Shown: in pieces, positions 51,490-63,718 of the stretch
Layout: every line of letters starts with the position of its first letter
Position numbering within the stretch: the first letter of the stretch is position 1
Source of the DNA: Anthoceros angustus
Lineage: Eukaryota > Plantae > Anthocerotophyta
Assembly (NCBI GenBank): GCA_010909165.1
Contig: VJWM01000019.1
Span: 372,001-436,000 of the forward strand
Reading direction: 5' to 3'
Length of the DNA stretch: 64,000 nt
Notes under the pieces: model-generated
What the model was told of the DNA's origin: nothing
Seen by the model: the letters and a program-made list of their open reading frames with translations, nothing else
Databases searched by the model: none
Made by a program: the position numbers and the translations under genes

Positions 51490-54400
51490 TGCCTCTGGCT
51501 GAGCGAAGATAATCCGGTCGCTCTCTTCCCCATTGGGCGCATGCGAGAATACCAGGTTATCACCAAGGTGATCCACCTTGGTGGCGAGTTCAATGGACAA
51601 TGATCCGGCTACCGCCTTACTCGGTATCCGGATCGGATATCAACCATCCGTTGGTTGTCATTGCGTTCGAGCCTCGGCCGCGCGTGGCCCTATCTTCCCT
51701 TCGCCTTAAGGGGCTCGGCACCGCCCCTTCTTCCTCCTTGGGCGGTTGTAGGCCATCCTCGGGACCTCAAGGTCCATCGCCTCGGGTCCTCCGGAGGTTC
51801 TTGGATCGGACCTCCTTGTTGATCGCCCGGCATCTTCGGGCAAACTCCGGACTAGAGTGTTGTCAAAGGTCGAGACCATTTGGAACACGCCATGCCACTC
51901 CCGACCACCCCTCGCTTCCTCCAGCAAGTCCGGATAGCGCGGGTCACAATGTTGCGCTCCACGGTCCATGGCTCCCAGACTTCGGCTTTTGGGTGCCATT
52001 GCTTCTCCTCCTCTTGTTCTTGTAGGCTGGCGAGTCGGCACGATGTTCCTCCTTCGCGTTTTGCTCCAACCTTGGGAGCGCTCTAAAGGGCGCCCAAAAA
52101 GATAGCGCCGAGCGGATTGCGGGCGCAAGGGGCTATGAGGATTATGCGGAGGCTGCAACCTCCCTCCTTGGCGCTTGTGGAAGTAATGGCTGGGCGGAAG
52201 GCGCCTCTTCGTTGTCGTAGCGCGAGTGCGCATGGCACTCGACCCTCGCTTGCTTACTGCGGCCTTACGCGCGCGGCAGCGGGCGTGAATACTATGCGGC
52301 CTCGGCAGGTTCAGTCTGACCTCTGCATGCCGACCTCCACTGTGGCCGCCCACGTGGCGCCGCCTCGTCATCCTCACGCCTCGCTCCTAGGTTACTTTCC
52401 TGGCGTACTTATCCTGTTTTGACTGGAGTGGGTTCCGGACTTATCCGTTACTCGGCGTAGTCCGGAGCTTGCCATAGTGGTACCGGGTCCGTTGTTCACT
52501 CAGTCGGAGTATACTCGAGCCTCGTCCGGCGCTACCCCAATTTATTCCTCCTTTTCCGCCTTATTTATCCTTCAATCCTAAAAAAAACAGAAACCCTACT
52601 TATTTCTTAACTCCCCAGGGAAGTGCATAGCCCACACTTCTCTAGGCACTCTTGGATTCAGCAGCATTACGATTATGAGAGAGAAATTTCTTACGTGAGC
52701 ATTATGTGCCATAATAAATTTTGATAATTTTTCTTTAGGCACTCCTTCGTGTGATTTGTTCCATATTATTGATAGTCATGAGTTATTTTGTTAGTTTTTT
52801 TGTCATTGAAATAGTATTTATATTTTTTATAGCTATAGATACTTAATATTTGATTATTTTTTGTTATTCATTTATTTAGATACAAGCGAGAACACCTTAC
52901 TTTAATATTTACATGCCTCCTTCATAATCCTCCACAACGTTATCTCTCCGCCTCCCAAGGAATTTGCGAGCATGAGTTTGAGGCAACCCAAGTAGTTTGG
53001 GTCACCATGGCGAGGGCTTCGCCCTTAGCTTGCGTGCTCCCGATCGAACCGGCGAAGATAATCCTTCCCGCCTTCTTCCTCACCGAGCGCATGCAGAATA
53101 CTAACAGTTATCACCAAGGTGATCCACCTTGGTGAGGTGTTCCAATGGATAATGATCCGGCTACCGCCTTACTCGACCGTCTGCCAGACGGATATCAACC
53201 ATCCGCTGGTTGTCCGCTGCCTGTGCCTCAAAGACGCTGGTGGCCCCCTATCTTCCCTTCGCCTTAAGGGGCCTGCACCACGCCCCTTCTTCCTCCTTCT
53301 AAGCGGTAGGCCATCCTCGACCTCCAAGGTCCATCGCCTGGTCCTCCCGAGGTTCTTGATCGGACCTCCTTGTTGATCGCCGCCAAGATCTTCTTCCGCA
53401 AACTCCCGACTAGAGTGACGCCAAAGGTCCGCACCATTTGGAACACGCCCATGCCACTCCCGCACCAATTCCTCGCCTCCAGGTTCAAGTCCGGATAGCG
53501 CCGGTCACAATGTTGCGCCCACGAGGGTCCATGGCTACTCCGCCCGCTTTTGGGTGCCATTGCTTTCCTCCTCTTGTCGTAGCCGCCGCCGAGTCCGCCG
53601 GCACGATGTTCCTCCTTCGCCGCTGTCACGCCTCCAACCTGACGGGCGCCTTTGCCGATCGGGCGCCCAAAAAGATAGCGCCAGAGAGCCGGATGGGAGC
53701 GCAAGGGACCGTGAGGATTGTCTGAGGTCGCAGCAAATGACCTCCTCCTTGGCCGCCAGGAAGTAATCGCTGAAGGCGCTGTCCAGAATCGCTGTGGGTC
53801 CGCATGGCTTCTCGACCCTACGCTCCGCTTACTGCCTTACGCCGCAAGCGCTGGAATACCGCTATAACGGCTCGCAAGGTTACGGCCCGCCATCGCATGC
53901 CCGACCTCCACTCTGTGGCCCACGTGGCGCCCGCCTGCTGCCCTCACGCCCGCCTCCTAGGTTACTCGCGATTTATCCTTTTTGACTGGAGTGGGTTCCA
54001 CTTATCCTGCTATCCGGTAGTCCGAGCTTGCCATAGTGGTACCGGGTCCGTTGTTCACTCCGAGTCCGAGTATACCCGAGCCTCGTCCGCGCGCTACCCC
54101 AATTTATTCCTCCTTTCCGCCTTTATTTATCCTTCAATCCTAAAAAACAAACCCTACTTATTTCTTAACTCCTGTGGAAGTGCATAGCCCACACTTCTAG
54201 GCACTTTGGATTCAAGAAGATTCTGATTATGAGAGAGAAATTTCTTACGTGAGTATTATGTGCCATAATAAATTTTGATAATTTTTCTTTAGGCACTCCT
54301 TCGTGTGATTTGTTCCATATTATTGATAGTCATGAGTTATTTTGTTAGTTTTTTTGTCATTGAAATAGTATTTATATTTTTTATAGCTATAGATACTTAA

Positions 54401-54560
54401 TATTTGATTATTTTTTGTTATTCATTTATTTAGATACAAGCAGAACACCTTACTTTAATATTTACATGCCTCCTTCATAATCCTCCACAACGTTATCTCT
54501 ACCGCCTCCCAAGGAATTTGCAGAGCATGAGTTTGAGGCAACTCCAAGTAGTTTGGGTCT
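51490..54560. repeat. Tandem duplication B1 (about 51490-53010) / B2 (about 53020-54560), unit about 1.54 kb
   Basis: gcgaagataatcc..gttatcaccaaggtgatccaccttgg..atgatccggctaccgccttactcg occurs at about 51503 and 53062. The AT-rich tails 52560-53000 and 54120-54555 are almost identical. Confidence 0.88.
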
Positions 54561-55133
54561 CCCGCCACAACTACTATTGCGCAGAGCTTCCCGTATGTCC
54601 TGCATGTGCCTCCCGTATGTCCTTGCATGTGCCTCCTGACAATAAGGTTCTGTTGCCCCACCAGAGAGCTAGACTAGGATGCAGCTGATTTTAACGTGTA
54701 CATGTCATGGCATGGAGCGATACTCGGCTATGTACATAATAAACATGATAGGCTGTAGGCAATGTAGGCAGTGTAGCTAGGATGGTATGGTGGATGATGC
54801 CAAGGATATGGCATGGCATATATATGTGCATGTAACTTATGTATATCATGTGGCATGTGGATTTGTTCATAGATATTCAGATTAATTCTAGATATTAGGA
54901 TAAATATAAAAAGGGCAAGTGATATCAATAGAATAGATATGTAGAGAATAGAAGGAATATTTAGCAAGCTACGATCAAGATGAAGCAGGAAGATAGCAAG
55001 ATATAAGACTGCCTTAGGTAGACATATGCAAATATTATGCAAATCATAGGCATATGTCGGCCTTTTGATAGATAATCTTCTTGAAAGAAAGAGATGGACA
55101 CACTTTGTCCCAAACTTGTCCTTGTTTGCCTTG

Positions 55134-55245
55134 TGATAGATTATATTCTTGATAACAAAGAGATAGATTATCTTCTTGATAACAAAGAGATAGATTATCT
55201 TCTTGATAACAAAGAGATAGATTATCTTCTTGATAACAAAGAGAC
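55134..55245. repeat. 27-bp tandem repeat x4 (gatagattatcttcttgataacaaaga)
   Basis: Exact periodicity. It produces (DNKEIDYLL)n in the ORF track. Confidence 0.93.
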
Positions 55246-55573
55246 AGACATACTTATCCCACACCTTGTCCTTCTTCTCTTGCATTGTGCTGGTTTTTGT
55301 AAGCATTTCATGAGAGCTGATACCGCTTTTTCCTATATGTGCTGCGTTGGTTGTGTTTGGAGTTCGCGGGCAGCTCGTGGAGAATTGCCCATCCAGTGGT
55401 GCATGGTGCATAGGCAAGTTGCTTCGAATTGCAGGGATTGCATTGCTAATCCCTCCCTCACCAATTTATGAAACCAACGTCTTCAATCGGTTTTTGCACC
55501 TGCTAGTTTGACCGTTGATAGTTTTTTAGTACAAAAGCTAGTTCTCTTTTGTTATTTTTGTTCACTAGATTTT

Positions 55574-55590
55574 GCAAGGGGGGTGTTAGT
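55574..55590 (+). mobile_element. Possible polypurine tract and 3' LTR start of a Copia-like relic
   Basis: gcaagggggg followed immediately by TGTTAG at 55584. The LTR end and a partner LTR were not identified. Confidence 0.4.
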
Positions 55591-55889
55591 GGGATTAAGA
55601 TTTTGGTGTGAGTTTATTTCGCAGACTCATCTAGACCTTGGAGCCATGGGCTTCACCTCTTGACTTTGTGCCGTGCCCTACAACGGTCATGGATAGCTCC
55701 GCCGCTTCACAGTGCGATATACACGTGCTATCACAAATAACCGAAAAGTAGGCCAAAGTCCATAGATTCCAACGGTTTGAATTGGTACTAGAAAATCCAG
55801 CATAAGATAGAAGAGCACTATAATACAGCATAATATTGAAAGCAGTGGAATATACATAAAAAAAGCTTTTAACCTTAATATACAAGTAA

Positions 55890-56380
55890 TTTTTATTAAG
55901 GGGAAAATTTTGATGGATAGGCCCATCCGGCAAGGGATAACCAAGGGAGACCTTGAGGATCGTGGTGAAAAGGAGCAACTAAGCTCCCTATCAATCGGAA
56001 GTCAGCAACTACGCCTACAATGTCGTATGCGGGAAGAGTAATTGGCCTACAAATAACATAGGAAGAGGAGGATGCGTCACTTGGTGTCGCCGCTCTGTGG
56101 GTGATTGCCATGGAAAGGGCATGTTGAAGGGCAATTGAAATCCGTTATCTGAAGAATGCCATGAAATAGGAAAAGAATAGCCCCACACCATGCCTGCGGG
56201 CATGACCAGCCTTGGCGCAGGACTTATAATTGTGTCAAAATCTTTAGCCTTTGCCCCGTATGTTTCAAGGGCTAGAGGAATGAATTGATGGCCCGCTCGC
56301 ATCCCCTTATAATTGGTGGCCCGCTCGCATCCCCTTATAATTGGTGGCCCGCTTGCATCCCACTATAATTGGTGGCCCGC
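55890..56380 (-). mobile_element. Second 5'-truncated RLE-type (CRE-like) LINE end; its 5' part recurs at about 57886-58080 in the duplicated block
   Basis: MRAGHQFIPLALETYG..RISIALQHALS..DASSSSYVICRPITLPAYDIVG, plus a 3' UTR homologous to 14554-14650 ending CCTTAATAAAA. Confidence 0.78.
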
Positions 56381-59300
56381 GTGGCCTTGATATATACCCA
56401 AGATATTTTCATGGAAAATATTTTCCATGAAAAATATTTTCTTATGTGAATGGTACGTGGACTATGTAGTATGAAATTACTCAAGGCTTAATACTATTGG
56501 TCGCAAATTATAATGGAATCAAAACAGTAAGTAGAGGCACGGAATGCTCTAGTGTCTCCCCCTTTCTTGAGCTCAATGAAGGTCCCGATCATCGTTCTAT
56601 GGAGGTTATAACTGCTAAGCACGTGTTTTTTTGTGCTAGACACCATTTTTGCGATCGACCAAAGTTACACATCGTGATCCGATATGTAAAAGGTGCCTTG
56701 TTTTTACTCACTCTGTTTAAAACATGCATTCATACACTTGTTTGGCAAAGGCAAGTTGCCATGATTCAAACAGTGAAAGCCAAAACATGCATTCATATGC
56801 TTATTTGGCAAAGGCAAGTTGCCATGATTCAAACCGTAGCCAAAACATGCATTCATATGTTTATTTGGCAAAGGCAATTGCCATGATTCAAACCCGTGAA
56901 AGCCAAAACGTTGTAAGGAGTGAACCACCTTATAAACTACGACAACGATTGACGCCTTTGGTATGCGAAGGTCGAGGCTGGCTGGTGCTTGGTAGCGGGT
57001 GGTTGAAGTCCTCACCGCATTAGCTAGATGTGGTTTTCTTGAAACACTAGCACTTCTCTCTCACACAACGCCTTTGTGTGTTTTGAATCACGTACCTTAA
57101 ATTTATGTTCTTGTATTCTACTGTTGTAGAGTTATCAAATCGAACAGTGCCCTTCTAAATGCTTGTCTTCTTACTTTATATCTAGTTGTCTTGCAAATTC
57201 ATCTTAGCTATAACATAACCCTGACATGCATACTTTGTGGAATGGGAGTGGTAAATGACCAACTCGTCGTTCCTTGGCACAGTGTTGGCAAAGCCACACT
57301 GCCACCACATTCCCATGTTGCAACGCTAAGGGGTTCGCGCCGTGCACCCAAAAAAGCAAGACTATGAAACGACGAGAAAAAGTGGAGGAGGCTAATGTTT
57401 ATTTTTTGGGATTTTATAGATATATAGATATACTTTGTCACGATGCTATGTTATGCCTTCCATCAGGGAGTAACAATCAGAAGATGTGAAGTCCGTGAAG
57501 GCAAACAAAATTTCGACCAACAGAGCAATGATCTACAACTTTGCCAGCGGTTCCACTTACACTGAGGAACATTCGTTCCACTTACATGAATACAAGCCGA
57601 ACCCATTATTCAGGGCTGACATTCAGCAAACAAACATCATCAATAGAGCCATGATGTGCACATAGCTGACATAGGCAGCATTCGGACTGCGGTCGATCTA
57701 ACGAGACCAAAAATAGAGCTACGCAATCAGGTACTAGAACATCCCTCCTGGCATCCTTCGTGGCTGTCACATTCCTACTGTCACCTGCCATATAAGCACC
57801 AGAGGGTTAGGAAACGACAATGGAACGCCTTGATGCACATTTCACCCGTATTAAAAGCAGCAAGCAACAGAATCAGATACCTTTGTAGAAAGAATAGCTA
57901 CACCATGCTCCGCGGCATGACCGCCTATAGGACTTATAATTGTGTCAAAATCTTTAGCCTTTGCCCGTATGTTTCAAGGGCTAGAGGAATGAATTGATGG
58001 CCCGCATCCCTTATAATTGGTGGCCCGCCGCATCCCTTATAATTGGTGGCCGCTTGCATCCCACTATAATTGGTGGCCCGTGGCCTTGATATATACCCAA
58101 GATATTTTCATGGAAAATATTTTCCATGAAAAATATTTTCTTATGTGAATGGTACGTGGACTATGTAGTATGAAATTACTCAAGGCTTAATACTATTGGT
58201 CGCAAATTATAATGGAATCAAAACAGTAAGTAGAGGCACGGAATGCTCTAGTGTCTCCCCCTTTCTTGAGCTCAATGAAGGTCCCGATCATCGTTCTATG
58301 GAGGTTATAACTGCTAAGCACGTGTTTTTTTGTGCTAGACACCATTTTTGCGATCGACCAAAGTTACACATCGTGATCCGATATGTAAAAGGTGCCTTGT
58401 TTTTACTCACTCTGTTTAAAACATGCATTCATACACTTGTTTGGCAAAGGCAAGTTGCCATGATTCAAACCCGTGAAAGCCAAAACATGCATTCATATGC
58501 TTATTTGGCAAAGGCAAGTTGCCATGATTCAAACCCGTAGCCAAAACATGCATTCATATGTTTATTTGGCAAAGGCAAATTGCCATGATTCAAACCCGTG
58601 AAAGCCAAAACGTTGTAAGGAGTGAACCACCTTATAAACTGAAACGACAAACGATTGACGCACAACTGTGCGAAGGTCAGAGCTGGCTGGTGCTTGGTAG
58701 CAATTGACAGTGGTTGAAGTCCTCGGCGCCCGCATTAGCTAGATGTGGTTTTCTTGAAGCACTAGCACTTCTCTCTCACACAACGCCTTTGTGTGTTTTG
58801 AATGCGTACCTTAAATTTATGTTCTTGTATTCTCTGTTGTGTGTAGAGTTATCAAATCGAACAGCCCAGTGCCCCTTCTAAATGCTTGTCTTCTTACTTT
58901 ATATCTAGTTGTCTTGCAAATTCATCTTAAGCTATAACATAACCCTGACATGCATACTTCTTTGTGGAATGGGAGTGGTAAATGACCAACTCGTCGTTCC
59001 TTGGCACAGTGTTGGCAAAGCCACACTGCCACCACGTTTCCCATGTTGCAACGCTAAGGGGTTCGCGCCGTGCACCCAAAAAAAGCAAGACTATGAAACG
59101 ACGAGAAAAAGTGGAGGGAGGCTAATGTTTATTTTTTTGGGATTTTATAGATATATAGATATACTTTGTCACGATGCTAGTGTTATGCCTTCCATCAGGG
59201 AGTAACAATCAGAAGATGTGAAGTCCGTGAAGGCAAACAAAATTTCGACCCAACAGAGCAATGATCTACAACTTTGCCAGCGGTTCCACTTACACTGAGG

Positions 59301-59623
59301 AACATTCGTTCCACTTACATGAATACAAGCCGAACCCATTATTCAGGGCTGACATTCAGCAAACAAACATCATCAAATAGAGCCATGATGTGCACATAGC
59401 TGACATAGGCAGCATTCGGACTGCGGTCGATCTAACGAGACCAAAAATAGAGCTACGCAATCAGGTACTAGAACATCCCTCCTGGCATCCCTTCGTGGCT
59501 GTCACATTCCTACTGTCACCTGCCATATAAGCACCAGAGGGTTAGGAAACGACAATGGAACGCCTTGATGCACATTTCACCCGTATTAAAAGCAGCAAGC
59601 AACAGAATCAGATACCTTTGTAG
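56172..59623. repeat. Tandem duplication C1 (56172-57885) / C2 (57886-59623), unit about 1.72 kb
   Basis: The units are near-identical and differ mostly by 1-5 nt indels. The junctions share the microhomology aaagaat. Confidence 0.92.
56720..56912. repeat. Tandem repeat of about 60 bp x3 (aaaacatgcattcata..ttatttggcaaaggcaagttgccatgattcaaac); copy at about 58418-58612
   Basis: Three consecutive units in each duplicated block. Confidence 0.88.
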
Positions 59624-59753
59624 AAAGAATGACAAAAAGTCTTGCTCCTGGCATGCGGCTGAAGAAACTCTCCCAGGCTGCTGATTTGCTAACGAAAGCT
59701 TCTTGGGTCTGCTGAGACGCCTTTGGTCATTTTCCACAATCCTTTGGAAATCA

Positions 59754-62700
59754 TCATGCTCGTACTTCTCCTATCTTTGGAATTGGCAACTTTGGTGCTT
59801 CTCTAGATATACTATTAGCCCACAAATTTGCAAGAGGAAGCAGGTAATGTTGCCCCTCCCATTCCACTGCCGGTATAGCTGCTCATTCCACAAGAGAAAA
59901 TATCTCAATATACATGTGTGGATGACCATTCCCTATCATGTCAGACACTCAGTCCTAGGCTCCACAGTCTGAAAAACTTGAGGCACAGCAGCATTCTAGG
60001 TTAACTTTTAATCTATGGTATGAAAGACGGTGGATGACCATGCACTGCAAGTGAATGACAAACATACCTGTGAATGGCAACAGCGGAAGAAGAGATAATG
60101 CACAGAAATGATACGGACTTCTGTCAGAAACAGATCTCCCAACCGCTTGGATCATGGCATTCGTCCCTGCAGAAGGGAGGTTCTGGATGTCGAACCACGA
60201 TGCAACTGTCATGGGCAGAGATTGTATATCCTTGACAAGGGATGAGCAGACTGCATCTTTGAGTCCCGACTCTAGCCATACATGGTGGCACTGTCCGACA
60301 GCTTTGGATGCTGCTTGCCCTAGCTCTTCAGCTACGGCAAGCCATGGCTTGTACACCTTCAGCGTTGCGCCAAGGATGCATGATGCCACAAAAACTTGGC
60401 CCACTGCAGAAAAAAAGTTCCTGCCTGCAGCAAATGGACACGAAACTGCTAAGATCAACAGACTAGTTACCAGGTATCTATCAAAAATCAGCTCAAACTG
60501 GCCCTCAAGCACATACACCTCAGGGAACTTCTGACACCAACCTTGCTTTGAATCTAAAAGGAGAGTGTCAGCTCCAGCATCAACAGCACGTTGCCATAAG
60601 TTTGAAGCATGCTCAAGTTCGCCCACACAAACACTTGCTAGTTTACTCCACGCTTTTACACAAAGCTGCTGCTCCTCAGTTGTTGCACAAACAAGTATTC
60701 GGAATGTGTGCACTGCATCGGTATGGATATCCACAGCTGCTTTCAAGTCGCTCTTTGCCTACATTATTTTATACCCACTGCTTCAGAAATACTCAAAAAC
60801 ATGGAGTGTGGAAACACCCACTCCGGCCAACTAGGTTGTCATCACCAATGCGACATTTAGATGAACCGTGACCTGCAAGTATGCCTAAGCATGCAGAGCT
60901 GCAATATCGAAGTATTTGCTGTAAAAGCTTACCAGACTTATGATCTTGTCTGCATCGAAGAGAGATTTCATGACAATGGCTCTGGTATCCGCATCATGAT
61001 CTCCAAGAAGTTCAAGCATCTCGTTCAGGGTCAGCCTTGACAATTCTGTGGTGCTAACTTGCTTATGGCGTGCTTCGCTTGAAGAGATTTTGGTAATCCT
61101 CTCAACGTGTCGTTGTCGAATTTGCCAATCTGACAACTCTTCCGGCTTTGCAAGCCCGGCCTGAGCAATCTGAGAATTTCAAAGAACAACTTTTAAAAAG
61201 TGTACATAAACGCCCAGTGAGTCATAATCAGGCCAAGGTTCAAGCTCCATTCAACAACACAGCAGCAGATAACATGCAAGCGATTCCACACACCTCAATC
61301 TCCTTTCTCGTTGAAGCAGCGTTCTCAAACTCACCCAATTCCATTGCAGCAAAATAGGATTCCTGCAAAAGAAACAACGATGAGTCACATGATCTTGGGA
61401 GAGTCAACTGCACTAGATGCCTTGGGTTTATGACCAGTTACCTGCAGCAAAGGTAGCGATGAAATAGCTAATGTATGCTTGTGACAACGGTATGCTTCCA
61501 GGACTCGACCTTCACTTATGAGACTTAATTGGAGCTTCTGCAGAGCGTGCACTGCTTCATCGCCCATGTGAGCCACTGTTATGGGTTTGGTAGATAAGTT
61601 GGAATGACCATCGGATGGCTCATCTGCTCGTGAGGTCGTCTCTTCTCTATACTGAAAGCTGAAACCGTCAATGTAACTGCCATCAATGCTCACACTCTCC
61701 TTGACCATGGAAAGCAGGTCCATCTTAAAGAAGTCTTCCCAAACAACTGCCTGGTCAAGCTCCTGCCACTCTTCACCTGTTCCATTCTCCAATGTACCAT
61801 CAGCATCAAGCATGCCTGACTCATCTATGTCAGGTGAGTCTGTAGCTACCATGTTACTCACTCCAGCTAAAGGTGAGCCTAAAGGATGAGAATCGGTTCT
61901 TCTGAAGAAAAACTCTACATCACTGGAGCTAGACACTTGAATGCTAGAACTGCGACTCCTGCGATGGGATGCCTTCCTGATATCGACCTCAGCTGTCGGT
62001 GAATCTGGGTACAAAGAGGCTATAACATCAGAGAAGTTCGAGGGGGTGAGCTTGAGGGAACTAGTCCTTGCAGTGCTTCTGCTTCTATTGCTAAATTCAT
62101 CATTAACGGGCATGGCTTTCAAATCCAAGACGGAATTGTTCTCAACCTCATCTTCACCAAATATGGACAATGGGAGAGGTGCTGCACTGATTCCCAAAAC
62201 CCCCTTCTTCAGGGTATCAGGCCCCACCTCCGCCTCCAGAGAGTTGAGATGAACTGTGTTTTGATCATCAGCAACAACTTCTGCAGTGCTACTTGACTGA
62301 TCTTTACTGCTGGTCACTGCATTTCCTGGGGTCACTTGCTCTAAAACGACAGGTGAGCCATCAAGGTGTTGATTTCTGCCATCACTGCTATCGGATATGC
62401 TGTTGCTTACAACATGTTGAATTGCAAAAAAATCAGTGCCTTTCAAATCTTCCATGCCAGAGATCTTTGATCCACTTCCTGAAGGAGGATCAGTGGTCTC
62501 TGCGGCAACCCAATCCCACGTGTCTTCATCCTCCAAGTCCGAATTGATGGGATCCACCTGATTTTCTACCGCCAAAAATTCCAGAGTGCTCTCCTTACTA
62601 TCTGGGTATGCCTTAAGATCTGCAACCGCCACTTCCTTGGGTTGGCCAGCCTCAAGACTCAGGGGATCCCAGAACATGGGTGCATCTGTGAAGAAGTTCA

Positions 62701-63718
62701 GGGAGGGCATGGGATTGCTCTCATCTTGCAAACTGATATCACCTTCTTGAATAAGCGCATCAGTGAAGAAGTTCAGGGAGGGCAAGGGATTGCTCTTATC
62801 TTGCAAGCTAATATCAGCTTTTTGAAAATTTTCACCAGGAACAGAGATTGAACTCCCACCTTGCTGGTTGCTGGATTCATGATCATCACTCTGACCGCTT
62901 AGCACCTGATCAAAAGTGAAAGAGTCCTGAGCATTGTCGTTGAAGACACTTCCACTACCCCAGGTTGCAGATTCTTGTGGACTTGTTTGTGCGAGAGGTG
63001 CAACCGGCGCTACAAAGTCTCCCCACTCATCATCTGACAAGCCCTCACTCATTTGATCCAGCCCAGTTGAGATTTCCTCACGTGTGCTATCGGTTCCCAT
63101 GGACAACGTTCCAATAGACGCTGCCAGGTGTGTGGGATCAGGAAGGGCCATGTCATGACCAGACGTGGGCACGGATGTAAAGGCTGCTTGTGGCGCTTGG
63201 CCATGTTGTACCTGTTCAGACTGATATTGCAGACCAGCAGATACTGCCAGGCCATGCATCGGCAGCACCAACCTGCTGGAGTCTACAGCAGGCGAAAGAC
63301 CTGAAGAGCTTGAACTAGGCAAACGAGCAGGGACTGATTCGAAGTCCCCGAACTCAAAGTCGTCATCTGAGTCGCCTCCAAGTGTACTTGAGCCATTGCT
63401 ATAACCAGCATGCACAGCAGGTTTATGATTTACAGATTCCTCTGTTGTTTCCTTTCCATCCCCATAACCTCTGTTTGAGCTTGGAACTGTGCCAACAAAA
63501 AGATCATCTTCTTCCTCCCCGAAGAAGGAAAGTGGTAAAGGTCCTGCGGCCACTTTAGACACTGACACAGACTTATGCGCCGAGCCACCTACTTTTCCCA
63601 TATCAATCTGCGACATCCCGTTGCCAGAAACGTGACTGCTACCATTTGTCCCGTAAAGCAAACCATTCCCTCCGTTCCACTGCGCCATTGGCAGTGATAG
63701 TGCCTGGGGGAAATCCAT
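59754..63718 (-). CDS. Large plant protein, At1g54920-like (sometimes annotated synergin-gamma-like): acidic disordered N-terminus, conserved C-terminal domain, multi-exon
   Basis: A first exon of about 2.3 kb with repeated GPLPLSFFGEEE / APLPLSIFGEDE and DDFEFGDF / DDEWGDF motifs. Later exons give ELEHASNLW, VYKPWL, HFCALSLLP and the last exon EWEGQHYLLPLANLWANSISREAPKLP...*. Confidence 0.82.

Larger units (their letters stand above)
44700..54560. mobile_element. Large unclassified repeat element: AT-rich subrepeat arrays flanking a GC-rich degenerate ORF region; both ends duplicated
   Basis: A subrepeat of about 110 bp (ttatttctctcaaggca..gattat(a/g)agaga) recurs at 45410-46140 and 47470-48200, and in the same orientation at about 52670-52745 and 54225-54300. 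The minus strand has broken, coiled-coil-like ORF pieces. No RT, integrase or transposase motif was recognised. Confidence 0.6.

Noticed and set aside
54728-55471. ORFs of 229 aa and 125 aa with repeated peptides
   Set aside because: Generated by the 27-bp tandem repeat and AT-rich sequence, with no domain signature.
59516-59737. 73-aa ORF as the last exon of the At1g54920-like gene
   Set aside because: The conserved terminal exon ends at the TGA at 59756-59754, so this ORF lies in the 3' UTR.
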